Shown here one piece after another: positions 19,342-28,840 of a stretch of 64,000 nt of DNA. The number at the start of each line of letters is the position of its first letter. Within the stretch, counting starts at the first letter, position 1. Made by a program: the position numbers and the translations under genes. This DNA comes from an uncultured archaeon (GTDB lineage Archaea > Thermoproteota > Nitrososphaeria > JACIWG01): NCBI GenBank assembly GCA_938034445.1, contig CALHLD010000001.1:840-64839 (forward strand). Direction: 5' to 3'. The notes beneath the pieces are model-generated. The model searched no databases. It saw nothing but the letters and a program-made list of their open reading frames with translations, and had not been told where the DNA came from.

Positions 19342-20154
19342 TCACAGACTTCTTCTTATCGTCTCCAGATCTTTTTCCTCAAGTTTCCATCCCAGTGATC
19401 CAAGATTTTCTATCATATGCTCTCTTTTTTCAGCCTTCGGTATTGGAATAGTCTCCATTGAAATTAGATAATTTAAGGCTATCTGGTTTACTGTTTTACC
19501 GTATTTTTTCGCCATCTCCTCTAATACTGTTGTCCTGTAAATTTTTCCCCTCTCTAAAGGTGTATAGGCTATTATCCTAACATTATTCCTTCTAGCAAAT
19601 GGTAACAGTTCGTCTTCAACTCTCCTGTCAAAGACACTATATTTTACCTCATTAGCTACAATATCGTATTTTTTTGTAGCCTCCATTGCCTCCTTTAACT
19701 GTTGGGCTGAAAAGTTGCTTACACCAATGTATCTGATTTTCCCTAAGTCAACAAGCCTTTCTAGTGCAGAAATGGTTTCATTTATAGGAATATCTGGATT
19801 CGGCCAATGTATGAGGTATAAGTCTATACATTTTAAACCAAGTCTTTTTAGGCTACCCTCTGCTGCCTTAAGTGTGTCATCGTAATGTAAGTTTGTTGGC
19901 CAAACCTTTGAAATTATAAAAAATTCTTTTCTATCAAAATCCTTTAATGCTCTGCCAACAAGCTCCTCTGTGTGTCCTCCACCATAATATTCTGCTGTAT
20001 CAATCAGCCTGTACCCTAATTCAAATGCTGTCTTCAAGACTTTAACATAGTAATCGTCCTTCGAGTAGTCTGGGCTACTGTTTCCACCAATAAGCCATGT
20101 ACCATATCCTAGTGCGTCAACCTCCTCATTATTACCAATAGTTAATTTTCTCAT
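19342..20154 (-). CDS. Aldo/keto reductase
   Basis: 270 aa; AKR signatures (LGYGTW, IDTAEYYGG, LDLYLIHWP, IGVSNF). Confidence 0.9.
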   Translation of the reverse strand: MRKLTIGNNEEVDALGYGTWLIGGNSSPDYSKDDYYVKVLKTAFELGYRLIDTAEYYGGGHTEELVGRALKDFDRKEFFIISKVWPTNLHYDDTLKAAEGSLKRLGLKCIDLYLIHWPNPDIPINETISALERLVDLGKIRYIGVSNFSAQQLKEAMEATKKYDIVANEVKYSVFDRRVEDELLPFARRNNVRIIAYTPLERGKIYRTTVLEEMAKKYGKTVNQIALNYLISMETIPIPKAEKREHMIENLGSLGWKLEEKDLETIRRSL

Positions 20155-20246
20155 ATCTGGTTCAAAATATTCGAATCTGTCTTAATAAAGTTTAGTATTT
20201 TATAATCGTCAATAATTAATTTATTTAGCCCTATACCTATCTCCTT

Positions 20247-22133
20247 TTGGAGGATATGGTCTTGAATTCAGAAATATATTACCCAAGTGAAAGTGTTCTA
20301 GAAAAGGTCTACTTAAGAGACTATGATAGTTTGTATAAGAATTCTTTAAATGATGTTGAAGGTTTCTGGTCTCAGGCTGCACGTGAACTTGAATGGTTTA
20401 AGGTCTGGGATCGTGTTCTTGAATGGAATTATCCTTATGCAAGATGGTTTATTAATGGAAAATGTAATATTGTGCATAATGCTCTTGACAGGCATGCTTC
20501 TTCATGGAGAAAAAATAAGGTTGCAGTTTATTGGGAGGGTGAGCCTGGGGAAAGAGAAGTTTTAACTTACGGTCAACTTTATAGGCAGGTTAACAAGCTC
20601 TCAAACACCTTAAAGAAGCTTGGTGTCCGTAAAGGTGATTTTGTAACAGTATACATGCCAATTCTCCCTGAGCTTATAATTTCTATGCTAGCGTGTGCAA
20701 AAATTGGTGCTGTACACAATGTAGTATATTATGGGTATGGTGGTAGGGTTTTAAGGGAGAGGCTTATAGAAACTTCATCGAAGGTCCTTATCACATCTAA
20801 TGCAGCATATTATGGTGGCACACTTACACCTGTTTCGGGAATTATACCATATGCAAGCCAATGTCCATCCTTAAAGTATGTTCTAATAAAGAAGAGGATA
20901 GATCTTCCAGTTTTTTCTGCACTGCCTAAACTTTCTAAAGAATTTCCAAAATTTGTATACTGGGATGAGGTTGTCAACAATGCCCCTGATGTTTCCGAAT
21001 GTGAGCCGATGGACTCCAGTGACCCACTCTTCATAATATATACTTCAGGTACAGCTGGAAAACCTAAGGGTATTATACATTCCCATGGCGGGTATATGGT
21101 GGGCGCCTACCTGACAACAAAGCTTGTTTTCGACATAAAAGATGATGACGTTTACTGGTGTACTGCTTCTCCAGGATGGATTACTGGCCACACGTACGTG
21201 GTCTATGGTCCCCTTCTTAACGGTGGGACAATATTAATTTATGAAGGTGATCTAGGTTATCCTATTCCAACAAGATGGGCTAAGCTAATAGATGAATATC
21301 GTGTAACAATATTTTACACAATTCCAACATACATTAGAAGCTTCATGTCAGCAGAAAGAGAGCTTAAAAACTATTCCCTAGAATCTTTAAGACTTTTGGC
21401 TACAGTTGGAGAGCCCATTGACCCATCAACTTGGAAATGGTTTTATGAAAAGGTTGGAAGAAGCCGCTGTCCCTTACTTGACACGTGGTGGCAGACTGAA
21501 ACTGGAATAATCCTCATAACAAACTTTCCATCTATGCCACTTAAACCTGGTTCTGCCGGTAAACCTTTTCCAACAGTAAAGGCTGCCATACTTTCTCCTA
21601 CAGGTGAAATTTTGAAGGAAAATGAGAAGGGTATGCTTGCAATAGGTGGACCTTGGCCTGGAATGATGGATACAGTTTATCAGGATCCAAGAAAATATGT
21701 TGATTACTGGGATATTGTTGAAGGCTGGTACATTACTGGCGATATAGCGTCTGTTGACGAAGACGGGTACTTTTGGATTAAAGGTAGGTCTGATGATGTG
21801 ATTAAAGTTGCGGGTTATAGAATAGGAACCGCTGAAATTGAAAGGGCTGTGCTCTCTCATCCAGCGGTTCTCGATGCTGCAGCTATTGGTAAGCCTTCTC
21901 CTTCTGGTAGTGATGTCATAAAAGTTTTTGTTGTATTGAGAGAAGGATGGGTTTTCGATGACATTCTTGTAGAGGAAATTAAAAGGAGGATTATAGAGGA
22001 TGTTGGACAAATGGCTGTGCCCTCGGAAGTTGTAGCTCTCACATCTTTGCCTAAGACTAGAAGTGGAAAGATTTTGAGAAGGTTGTTGCGTGAGCTAGAA
22101 CTTGGTAAAGGTGTATCTGGAGTGGAGAGCTAA
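20247..22133 (+). CDS. acs: Acetyl-CoA synthetase (AMP-forming)
   Basis: 628 aa; AMP-binding motif YTSGTAGKPKG, WWQTETG, C-terminal PKTRSGKILRR with the conserved regulatory/catalytic Lys at 22068-22070; the ATG at 20256 is an alternative start. Confidence 0.9.
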   Translation: MEDMVLNSEIYYPSESVLEKVYLRDYDSLYKNSLNDVEGFWSQAARELEWFKVWDRVLEWNYPYARWFINGKCNIVHNALDRHASSWRKNKVAVYWEGEPGEREVLTYGQLYRQVNKLSNTLKKLGVRKGDFVTVYMPILPELIISMLACAKIGAVHNVVYYGYGGRVLRERLIETSSKVLITSNAAYYGGTLTPVSGIIPYASQCPSLKYVLIKKRIDLPVFSALPKLSKEFPKFVYWDEVVNNAPDVSECEPMDSSDPLFIIYTSGTAGKPKGIIHSHGGYMVGAYLTTKLVFDIKDDDVYWCTASPGWITGHTYVVYGPLLNGGTILIYEGDLGYPIPTRWAKLIDEYRVTIFYTIPTYIRSFMSAERELKNYSLESLRLLATVGEPIDPSTWKWFYEKVGRSRCPLLDTWWQTETGIILITNFPSMPLKPGSAGKPFPTVKAAILSPTGEILKENEKGMLAIGGPWPGMMDTVYQDPRKYVDYWDIVEGWYITGDIASVDEDGYFWIKGRSDDVIKVAGYRIGTAEIERAVLSHPAVLDAAAIGKPSPSGSDVIKVFVVLREGWVFDDILVEEIKRRIIEDVGQMAVPSEVVALTSLPKTRSGKILRRLLRELELGKGVSGVES

Positions 22134-22170
22134 TGCTGATACGATAAGATATAATGTGATAAAAATAAAT

Positions 22171-22902
22171 ATGTTGTATTGTAAAGACTTTGCTGGGGAA
22201 GACTGGTTGGCCAAAAATATTGTTTTTAAAGCTTTATCTGAGGGAAGAACTATTTTATTGGAACCTGAAGCATACAATCTTCTTTCAGCCTATAATATAC
22301 CTGTGTGTAGGCATAAAATGGTGTCATCGTTGGAAGACGCTTTGAATGCTGCAAAGGAGATAGGCTACCCTGTTGTTTTAAAGATTGTTTCCCCTGACAT
22401 TATACATAAAAGTGATGTCGGTGGTGTTAAGGTTAACATTTTAAATGATAATCATTTAAGGGAGGCATATGAAACTTTAATGAACGATGTTAAAAGGAAC
22501 GCTCCAAACGCTCGAATTTTAGGTGTACTTGTTGTAGAAATGGCTCCAAAATCTGTTGAAGTTGTTGTTGGAATGTTACGTGATCCAACATTTGGTCCGA
22601 CGATAATGTTTGGGCTTGGAGGTGTTTTTGTAGAGTTGATGAAAGATGTTGTATTTAGAATTGCGCCTATAACTAAAGAAGAGGCGTTAGAGATGATAAA
22701 AAAGATTAAAGGATATCCTCTTCTCTCTGGTTTTAGAGGCTCAAAGCCTTTGGACATAAATTCTCTTGCAGAGCTTATATCGAATGTTTCAAAGATAGGT
22801 GTAGAAATTCCAGAAGTAGACCAGATGGACTTAAATCCTGTAATAGTTTATGAAACTGGTTTTCTTATAGTCGATGCAAGGGTTATTCTTAAAGCACATT
22901 AA
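22171..22902 (+). CDS. acdB: ADP-forming acetyl-CoA synthetase, beta subunit (ATP-grasp)
   Basis: EPEAYNLLSAYNIPV...GYPVVLKIVSPDIIHKSDVGGVKVNI...LDLNPV matches ACD beta. I prefer the in-frame ATG at 22171 over the track start at 22102, which overlaps acs. Confidence 0.8.
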   Translation: MLYCKDFAGEDWLAKNIVFKALSEGRTILLEPEAYNLLSAYNIPVCRHKMVSSLEDALNAAKEIGYPVVLKIVSPDIIHKSDVGGVKVNILNDNHLREAYETLMNDVKRNAPNARILGVLVVEMAPKSVEVVVGMLRDPTFGPTIMFGLGGVFVELMKDVVFRIAPITKEEALEMIKKIKGYPLLSGFRGSKPLDINSLAELISNVSKIGVEIPEVDQMDLNPVIVYETGFLIVDARVILKAH

Positions 22903-23417
22903 AGTATTAAATCGAATCTACTTATGCCATAAGATTGTGACTTTAATTTGAACCCAAGCTTTTTAGCCACATGAATCATGACTGCATTATCACTTAAAAC
23001 GTAAATGTAATATTCTCTAATACCCTTTTCTCTACCAATGTTTATTAGATGCTGAAGCATTGCCGTCCCAAGACCCTTTAGCTGCCACTTGTCTTGTACA
23101 ACAATAGCTATTTCAGCTCCTGTTTTATCTTCAACATAGTATCTTGCATCACCTATAATCTTTAGCTCTGTCTCCTGTAATGGTGTTGCTACCAGAGCAA
23201 ATTCTTCATCAAAGTTTATTGAAGTCATCTTCTCAACTTCTTCTATCGTGAAAGGTCTTCTAAGTTTAAAAAATCGGTTATATACTGTTTCAGGAGATAA
23301 GGTTGTGAACATTTTTAATAAATCTTCTGCATCGTTAGCCCTAACAGGCCTTATCAGTACCCTGGAACCATCCTTTAACATTACAATTTTATCATATTGT
23401 TCCAAATTTTCAATCAT
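22899..23417 (-). CDS. pat: Pat-type GNAT protein acetyltransferase (stand-alone)
   Basis: 172 aa; IRPVRANDAEDLLKMFTTLSPETVYNRFFKLRRPFTIEEVEKMTSINFDEEFALVA...QDKWQLKGLGTAMLQHL matches the GNAT domain of bacterial Pat and Sulfolobus Pat; 8 nt downstream of acdA. Confidence 0.75.
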   Translation of the reverse strand: MIENLEQYDKIVMLKDGSRVLIRPVRANDAEDLLKMFTTLSPETVYNRFFKLRRPFTIEEVEKMTSINFDEEFALVATPLQETELKIIGDARYYVEDKTGAEIAIVVQDKWQLKGLGTAMLQHLINIGREKGIREYYIYVLSDNAVMIHVAKKLGFKLKSQSYGISRFDLIL

Positions 23418-23425
23418 ATTAGAGC

Positions 23426-24871
23426 TTACACATCCTCTACTAAATGCTCTTTTAAAAACCTTCCATAGTATGCAAGCGCATACATTGCTCTAGCAGCCCT
23501 TTCTGGTGCATTAAAAGCTGGTACCCTAAACTTTTCAAATCTAGCCCTAATCTCTTGCGCCATTTCTGTAGCCCCAATATCTACAGCAATCACAGGCTTC
23601 CTCTTCTCATACGCTGGAGCCGCGATTTTTCTTACAACATCATCCATCACGAACGGTGTATGATGTAATGTTATAACTATGATGCCGTTAACTTTAGGGT
23701 CGTCTAATAGGATCTTAAGCGCCTCCTGAAAAGCGTCACTTGTTACCTGTGCTGACAAGTCTACTGGATTGCTGTAGGTCATTATTGGTGGAAAGATTCC
23801 CTTTCTTATACCTTCTTCAAAAGCCTTCTTTGTAGTCTCTGAAAGTTCCACAAGCTCTAAACCTGATGCCTCACAAGCGTCCGCTGCCAATATTCCAGGT
23901 CCGCCTGCGTTAGTTAGTACAGCAACACCTGTACCCAATGCTGGCGGTTGATATGTTAATGCCCTTCCCATGTCAAAAAGTTCTTCTAATGTGTTTGCCC
24001 TAACAACTCCACATTCTTCAAACGCTGCTTGATAAATCTGATCTAATCCTGCAAGAGATCCTGTATGTGATGCTGCTCCCCTTGCACCAGCTTTAGATCT
24101 TCCAACTTTTAAAGCTACTATCGGCTTTTTCATGCTTGTCTTTTTTGCCGCCTCAAGAAATCTTCTACCTTCCGCTACCGCCTCAATATATAATAGAATA
24201 ACTTTAGTCATTCTATCATTCATAAAATATTCTAACAATTCTGATTCGTCTACATCAACTCTATTTCCTAGGCTTACAAAGCATCTTAAGCCCATGTTTA
24301 TTCCAGCCATATAATCTAATGCTGCAGCGCCAAGAGCGCCACTTTGACTTATTAGAACAATAGAACCTGGTAATGGTCTTGGTGTTGCAAGAACCTCCTT
24401 TCCAGTGGAAAGCTGTTTAAATTCGGGTAAGAATAGTGTGTCCACTCCAGTGAATGGGTCAAATACTCCTAAACAGTTTGGACCTATAATTCTTATACCA
24501 TACTTTTTAGCAACATTCTCTACTTCATCTTGTAGTTGAGTGTTTCCAACTTCTTTAAACCCGGAGGAAATTATTATACATGCTTTTACTCCAATTTCTC
24601 CCGCCTCCATTATAACTTGTGGCACTAATGGGGCTGGTATTGCTATAACAATAAGGTCAATTTTTTCTCCTACTTCACTTAATGTTTTATAGCATTTTAC
24701 TCCAAAAATGGTATCATATTTTGGGTTTATGGGGAAAACTTTTGCTTTTAAAACCCCCTTCTGCATATTAGTTATTAGCGTGTGTGCGATAACTCCACCT
24801 ACCTTGTTTGTCAAGGGGGATGCTCCAACTACAGCTATCGATGATGGCTCAAAAAAGTATTTTAGGGACAT
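23426..24871 (-). CDS. acdA: ADP-forming acetyl-CoA synthetase, alpha subunit
   Basis: 481 aa; CoA-binding N-terminus (FFEPSSIAVVGAS) and phosphohistidine loop GAASHTGSLAG present. Confidence 0.9.
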   Translation of the reverse strand: MSLKYFFEPSSIAVVGASPLTNKVGGVIAHTLITNMQKGVLKAKVFPINPKYDTIFGVKCYKTLSEVGEKIDLIVIAIPAPLVPQVIMEAGEIGVKACIIISSGFKEVGNTQLQDEVENVAKKYGIRIIGPNCLGVFDPFTGVDTLFLPEFKQLSTGKEVLATPRPLPGSIVLISQSGALGAAALDYMAGINMGLRCFVSLGNRVDVDESELLEYFMNDRMTKVILLYIEAVAEGRRFLEAAKKTSMKKPIVALKVGRSKAGARGAASHTGSLAGLDQIYQAAFEECGVVRANTLEELFDMGRALTYQPPALGTGVAVLTNAGGPGILAADACEASGLELVELSETTKKAFEEGIRKGIFPPIMTYSNPVDLSAQVTSDAFQEALKILLDDPKVNGIIVITLHHTPFVMDDVVRKIAAPAYEKRKPVIAVDIGATEMAQEIRARFEKFRVPAFNAPERAARAMYALAYYGRFLKEHLVEDV

Positions 24872-24938
24872 TTATCTTCCATAAACCATACTTTTATGTT
24901 CTTTAAAAACTTAAGTAAAAAATTTTGATCCTCCAAAG

Positions 24939-25997
24939 CTATAGTAAAATTTTAATCTTTTCCCATGCATTGTCCTTGTAAATGTTTTCGTCGTCAAAAA
25001 GGATTATCCCATTAGAGCCTCCTGTCAAAGCCTCTTTTAGAGCCTCATCCCACAAATACTTTTTATCCAAACCTCTTCCACTGTATCCAATAATAGAAAC
25101 TATCAAAATACTTGTTTCCTTAAATATGCTAAAAATTTTTCTTAGCATTTTACTGACTTCTTTAAAATTGTATTCGTTAACGAAGTCTGTTAGAAGGTAG
25201 TCGAAAAGTCTTCTTCTTGCCATATCCCTTAAACCGGATTCCAGTTTCCTAGGCCACCCTGCCTCTCTTTTGGCAAGTACCGCTATAGGTATATTGCCAA
25301 AACGTTCTCTCACACTCTTTCTTAAATATTCCATTATTTCCTGTACCATAATATTTTTCCACTCTAGATAATGTGAATGATATTTCCTTCCCTCAAATAC
25401 ATCGTTTGGCCACAGGAAAAAGGATATGTCATATTTTTCTTTTAGAAACTTTGCAAAATTCCTGTACGCTCCTTCTGAAAAATCGTATGGACTTATTTTT
25501 GGATATCCAAATGTTTCTTCCAATATTATACCGTCTGCTTCACAGTCTTCTAAAATTTCAGAAACTGTTCTAAAAACAATTTCACCAACCTCCTCATAGG
25601 CTGCTGAGAGAAAATAGTTTGCTTGTTCTTCTGTACGTTCGATTAAAGCACTATTGTCTACGTCTTTAATAAGATATTTGGTGTATGGTTCCACATCCCT
25701 TTTTGCTACCTTAAATGGGTTTACTTGTACCCAAGAATTTAGTCCAAATGTGTGTGCACGTTTTACTGCATGTTTTAGTGGACTTTTTCCTAATAAATTG
25801 TAAAGGCTTTTATTCATTTCCCTCATCTTACTCTCAAATAGCATGTAACCTTTTTCATCTACTGCATTGTATATTGTTGTCTTCAATCCATTGCTGAGGA
25901 AATGGTTTAGTCTGGTATCAAGTGTATGAATTTCTTCTTTAACTGTATAGTTTTTTATATTAACATATACTCCGTAAACATACCTTTGTTCAAACAA
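24939..25997 (-). CDS. Uncharacterised protein (possibly glycoside-hydrolase-like TIM barrel)
   Basis: 352-aa clean ORF; alternating beta/alpha-like pattern; only vague resemblance to GHL10/DUF187-type proteins. Confidence 0.4.
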   Translation of the reverse strand: MFEQRYVYGVYVNIKNYTVKEEIHTLDTRLNHFLSNGLKTTIYNAVDEKGYMLFESKMREMNKSLYNLLGKSPLKHAVKRAHTFGLNSWVQVNPFKVAKRDVEPYTKYLIKDVDNSALIERTEEQANYFLSAAYEEVGEIVFRTVSEILEDCEADGIILEETFGYPKISPYDFSEGAYRNFAKFLKEKYDISFFLWPNDVFEGRKYHSHYLEWKNIMVQEIMEYLRKSVRERFGNIPIAVLAKREAGWPRKLESGLRDMARRRLFDYLLTDFVNEYNFKEVSKMLRKIFSIFKETSILIVSIIGYSGRGLDKKYLWDEALKEALTGGSNGIILFDDENIYKDNAWEKIKILL

Positions 25998-26066
25998 GTT
26001 CTTTCACTTGACAAAAATTTTTAGTTTATAATAAAATTTTAAGGCTTATATAATTTACTTTTTGTC

Positions 26067-26720
26067 TTGGTGAATATGGGTTTTGCATCAATTGATGTCA
26101 GAAAATTTTCTTTGGCGATAACGTTTTCTTCACTCTATGTTGTATTATCTTTTATGCCAATAGGCACTACTCTTGTTGGTGGAACTGGTTTTTTTTCTCT
26201 ATCTATCATACTGCCACCTACTGTAGGCTGGCTCCTCGGCCCATTTTATGGTTCATTATCGATGTTAATTGGTTCAACCATATACTTTTTCTTTAATCCC
26301 GTATCGTTTTTTGGTATACTTACTCCTCTAGTGCCTTTATCAGGCGCCTTGTTCGCTGGTTTAAACCGTAGGAGGCTATCCTTCTTATCCTTCTCATTTA
26401 TCCTTTCTTTTGTTATCTTTTTTACTATAAATTATATTAAAGTTTGGTGGTTTATTATACCCCATATTCTAGCCGCTTTCTCTTCTCTCTTGTATTATTT
26501 GGTTGGAGAAAGATTTAGAATTTTTTTGAGTTCTTTTTCTTCAACATTTGTGCAGCATTCTACTGGAACATTGTTTGCAATACTATTGTATCATTTGGCG
26601 GATGAGCGGTTGCTGGTAATTTTTCCTCAAATGCTTTATGAGCGTTCTATCGCAACTTTTGGCTCATTTCTTCTTATCATGGCTTTAGAAAAGTATGTTG
26701 GGCATAGGCTGTCTTTTTAA
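26067..26720 (+). CDS. Polytopic membrane protein, ECF S-component-like
   Basis: 217 aa, about 6 TM segments; N-terminal pattern SLAITFSSLYVVLSF...GWLLGPFYGSLSMLIGS resembles vitamin-uptake S components. Confidence 0.45.
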   Translation: MVNMGFASIDVRKFSLAITFSSLYVVLSFMPIGTTLVGGTGFFSLSIILPPTVGWLLGPFYGSLSMLIGSTIYFFFNPVSFFGILTPLVPLSGALFAGLNRRRLSFLSFSFILSFVIFFTINYIKVWWFIIPHILAAFSSLLYYLVGERFRIFLSSFSSTFVQHSTGTLFAILLYHLADERLLVIFPQMLYERSIATFGSFLLIMALEKYVGHRLSF

Positions 26721-26766
26721 ACAAAAATGTTATATATGCTCTATAGCATGTTATATGTGAGAATCC

Positions 26767-27318
26767 TTGAGTGAAGAGGAAATTAAAAAGGTTGCTGAAA
26801 CAAAACTTTGGATTGAAGAAAGAATAAAGTCTCTAGAAAGGGAAATTGAAGCGTTGCGTGAAACTCTTGCTGTTATAGACAGTTTCCTTTTACAGAAGGG
26901 GTTTAAGCCGGCTGAAGAAATTAAGCATGCTGTTGAAGTTAAGGAGGAAGTTAAAGAAACTGTTGCAGAAGAAGTTTTGCCTTTAAAGGCTAAGGATGGT
27001 AGGATTTTGGCTACAGCATACGTTTCTGCAAAGAATGTTACAATTGTTCCTGTGTCTTCGATAAAGTTGAAGACTTCGACTCCGCCGTTTGCTTCTTATC
27101 TTGTTGGTAAAAAGCTTCCTCAGATGGTTGAAGTGGATAAGGCTCAAGTTAAAAGTGGTGTGTTAAAGGATGAGGAGGTCCTAAAGTTTCTGGTCGATGA
27201 AGACTCTGATGGTACGATTAGAAAGATTCTCATCGAAAATTATAGAACAAAGAGTAGGTTGAAGGAAATATTGAATCTTGTTACCTGGACTTTTGAAAAG
27301 ATGCTTGAAAAGGCTTAA
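26767..27318 (+). CDS. Uncharacterised protein with N-terminal coiled coil
   Basis: 183 aa; heptad-like EERIKSLEREIEALRETLAVIDS, E/K/V-rich linker, C-terminal mixed domain; TTG start. Confidence 0.5.
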   Translation: MSEEEIKKVAETKLWIEERIKSLEREIEALRETLAVIDSFLLQKGFKPAEEIKHAVEVKEEVKETVAEEVLPLKAKDGRILATAYVSAKNVTIVPVSSIKLKTSTPPFASYLVGKKLPQMVEVDKAQVKSGVLKDEEVLKFLVDEDSDGTIRKILIENYRTKSRLKEILNLVTWTFEKMLEKA

Positions 27319-27368
27319 GCAAAAGAGTTAATTACCACATAAATATCTAATAATGTGGCAAGGGGGTA

Positions 27369-28817
27369 GTGTCCTTGCCATACAACTTTTATAAAAAATT
27401 GGTTGAAGCAACTAATGTCTTTACTTTTAAAGACTTTATAATCTTACCCCGTAAGTCTGAGGTCGAGCCTTCTCAAATAGATTTGAGATCATATTTTACT
27501 AAAAATATTAGTGTTTCTCTGCCTTTTGTTTCAAGTCCAATGGATACTGTTACTGGCAGTGATATGGCTATTGCGATTGCCCGTCTTGGTGGTATTGGTG
27601 TTATACATCGTAATATGACTGTCGAAGAGCAGGTTGAAGAGGTTAAGAGGGTTAAGAGGGCAGAATCTTTTATAATTAAAGATGTTTACACAATAGGGCT
27701 TGAGTCTACTGTTGGCGAAGCAATTTCTATCATGAAAAGGTATAATATTTCTGGCCTGCCTGTTGTCGAAGGCGATAAGCTTGTTGGTATACTTACTAAA
27801 AGGGATGTTGCTTTCGCTGACCCAAATTGTAGTGTTAAGGATGTTATGACAAAAGATGTTGTAACAGCTTCTCCAGATGTGACTGTTGAGGAGGCTAAAA
27901 AGATTATGCACGACCACAGGATTGAAAAGCTTCCTGTAGTTGATAAGGGGAGACGTCTTATGGGTTTAATAACTATAAAAGACATTTATTCGAGGGAAAA
28001 GTATGTTAATGCGACTCGAGATTCTGAGGGAAGGTTAAGGGTTGCGGCTGCAATTTCTCCATTTGATTTTGATAGAGCTAAGGCTTTGGACAGACATGTG
28101 GACGCGCTTGTATGTGATGTAGCACACTTTCATAATGCCAATATTTTGAATGCAACTAAAAGGCTTGTTAAGGAGGTTTCAGCTGACTTTGTTATCGGAA
28201 ACATTGGTACAGGTGAAGCTTTAAAGGATTCCGTTGAAGTTGTTGAAAGGTTTGAGGGTGTCCGTGTAGGTATCGGTTCCGGTTCAACGTGTATTACCTC
28301 ATTGGTCACTAAAGCTGCCGCTCCAACACTTTTTGCAGTATCTGAAGTTGCTGACGCGCTTGATGAACTTAATTTAAATGTCCCAATTATTGCTGATGGA
28401 GGTGTTAGGAGTCCTGGTGACGCAATGTTGGCTCTTGCTGCAGGCGCGTCAACTGTGATGATGGGTATGGTCTTTGCTGGATGTAGTGAGTCTCCAGGTG
28501 AGCTTATCAAGATTGGTGGAAAATATTATAAGCCATTGCGTGGCATGGGAAGTCTTTCAGCTAGACAGAAGCGTTTTGTTGTTGACAGGTATGCTACTAT
28601 GGCTAAGGGTATTGCTGAAGGTGTTGAAGGCTATGTACCATATCGTGGTGATGCACAAATTGTTATCGAAGAATTTTCTTTAGGTTTAAAGGCTTCGTTT
28701 GGCTATGCTGGGGCAAGAAATATTAAGGACTTGTGGGAGAAGGCTAGATTCGGTCTTGTAACATTTTCTGGAATGGAGGAGCTTAAGCCCCACGATATCA
28801 TCTTGCCGGGAGAATAG
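27369..28817 (+). CDS. guaB: Inosine-5'-monophosphate dehydrogenase (with CBS pair)
   Basis: 482 aa; FVSSPMDTVT, CBS insert, catalytic loop GIGSGSTCIT, GGVRSPGD. Confidence 0.95.
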   Translation: MSLPYNFYKKLVEATNVFTFKDFIILPRKSEVEPSQIDLRSYFTKNISVSLPFVSSPMDTVTGSDMAIAIARLGGIGVIHRNMTVEEQVEEVKRVKRAESFIIKDVYTIGLESTVGEAISIMKRYNISGLPVVEGDKLVGILTKRDVAFADPNCSVKDVMTKDVVTASPDVTVEEAKKIMHDHRIEKLPVVDKGRRLMGLITIKDIYSREKYVNATRDSEGRLRVAAAISPFDFDRAKALDRHVDALVCDVAHFHNANILNATKRLVKEVSADFVIGNIGTGEALKDSVEVVERFEGVRVGIGSGSTCITSLVTKAAAPTLFAVSEVADALDELNLNVPIIADGGVRSPGDAMLALAAGASTVMMGMVFAGCSESPGELIKIGGKYYKPLRGMGSLSARQKRFVVDRYATMAKGIAEGVEGYVPYRGDAQIVIEEFSLGLKASFGYAGARNIKDLWEKARFGLVTFSGMEELKPHDIILPGE

Positions 28818-28840
28818 GTTTTAAGTGCCTTTTCCCCCTC

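Noticed and set aside
22102-22170. Track start of the acdB ORF at 22102, overlapping the last 32 nt of acs
   Set aside because: The N-terminal 23 residues (MVKVYLEWRANADTIRYNVIKIN) have no counterpart in ACD beta subunits. The in-frame ATG at 22171 gives a normal-length protein.
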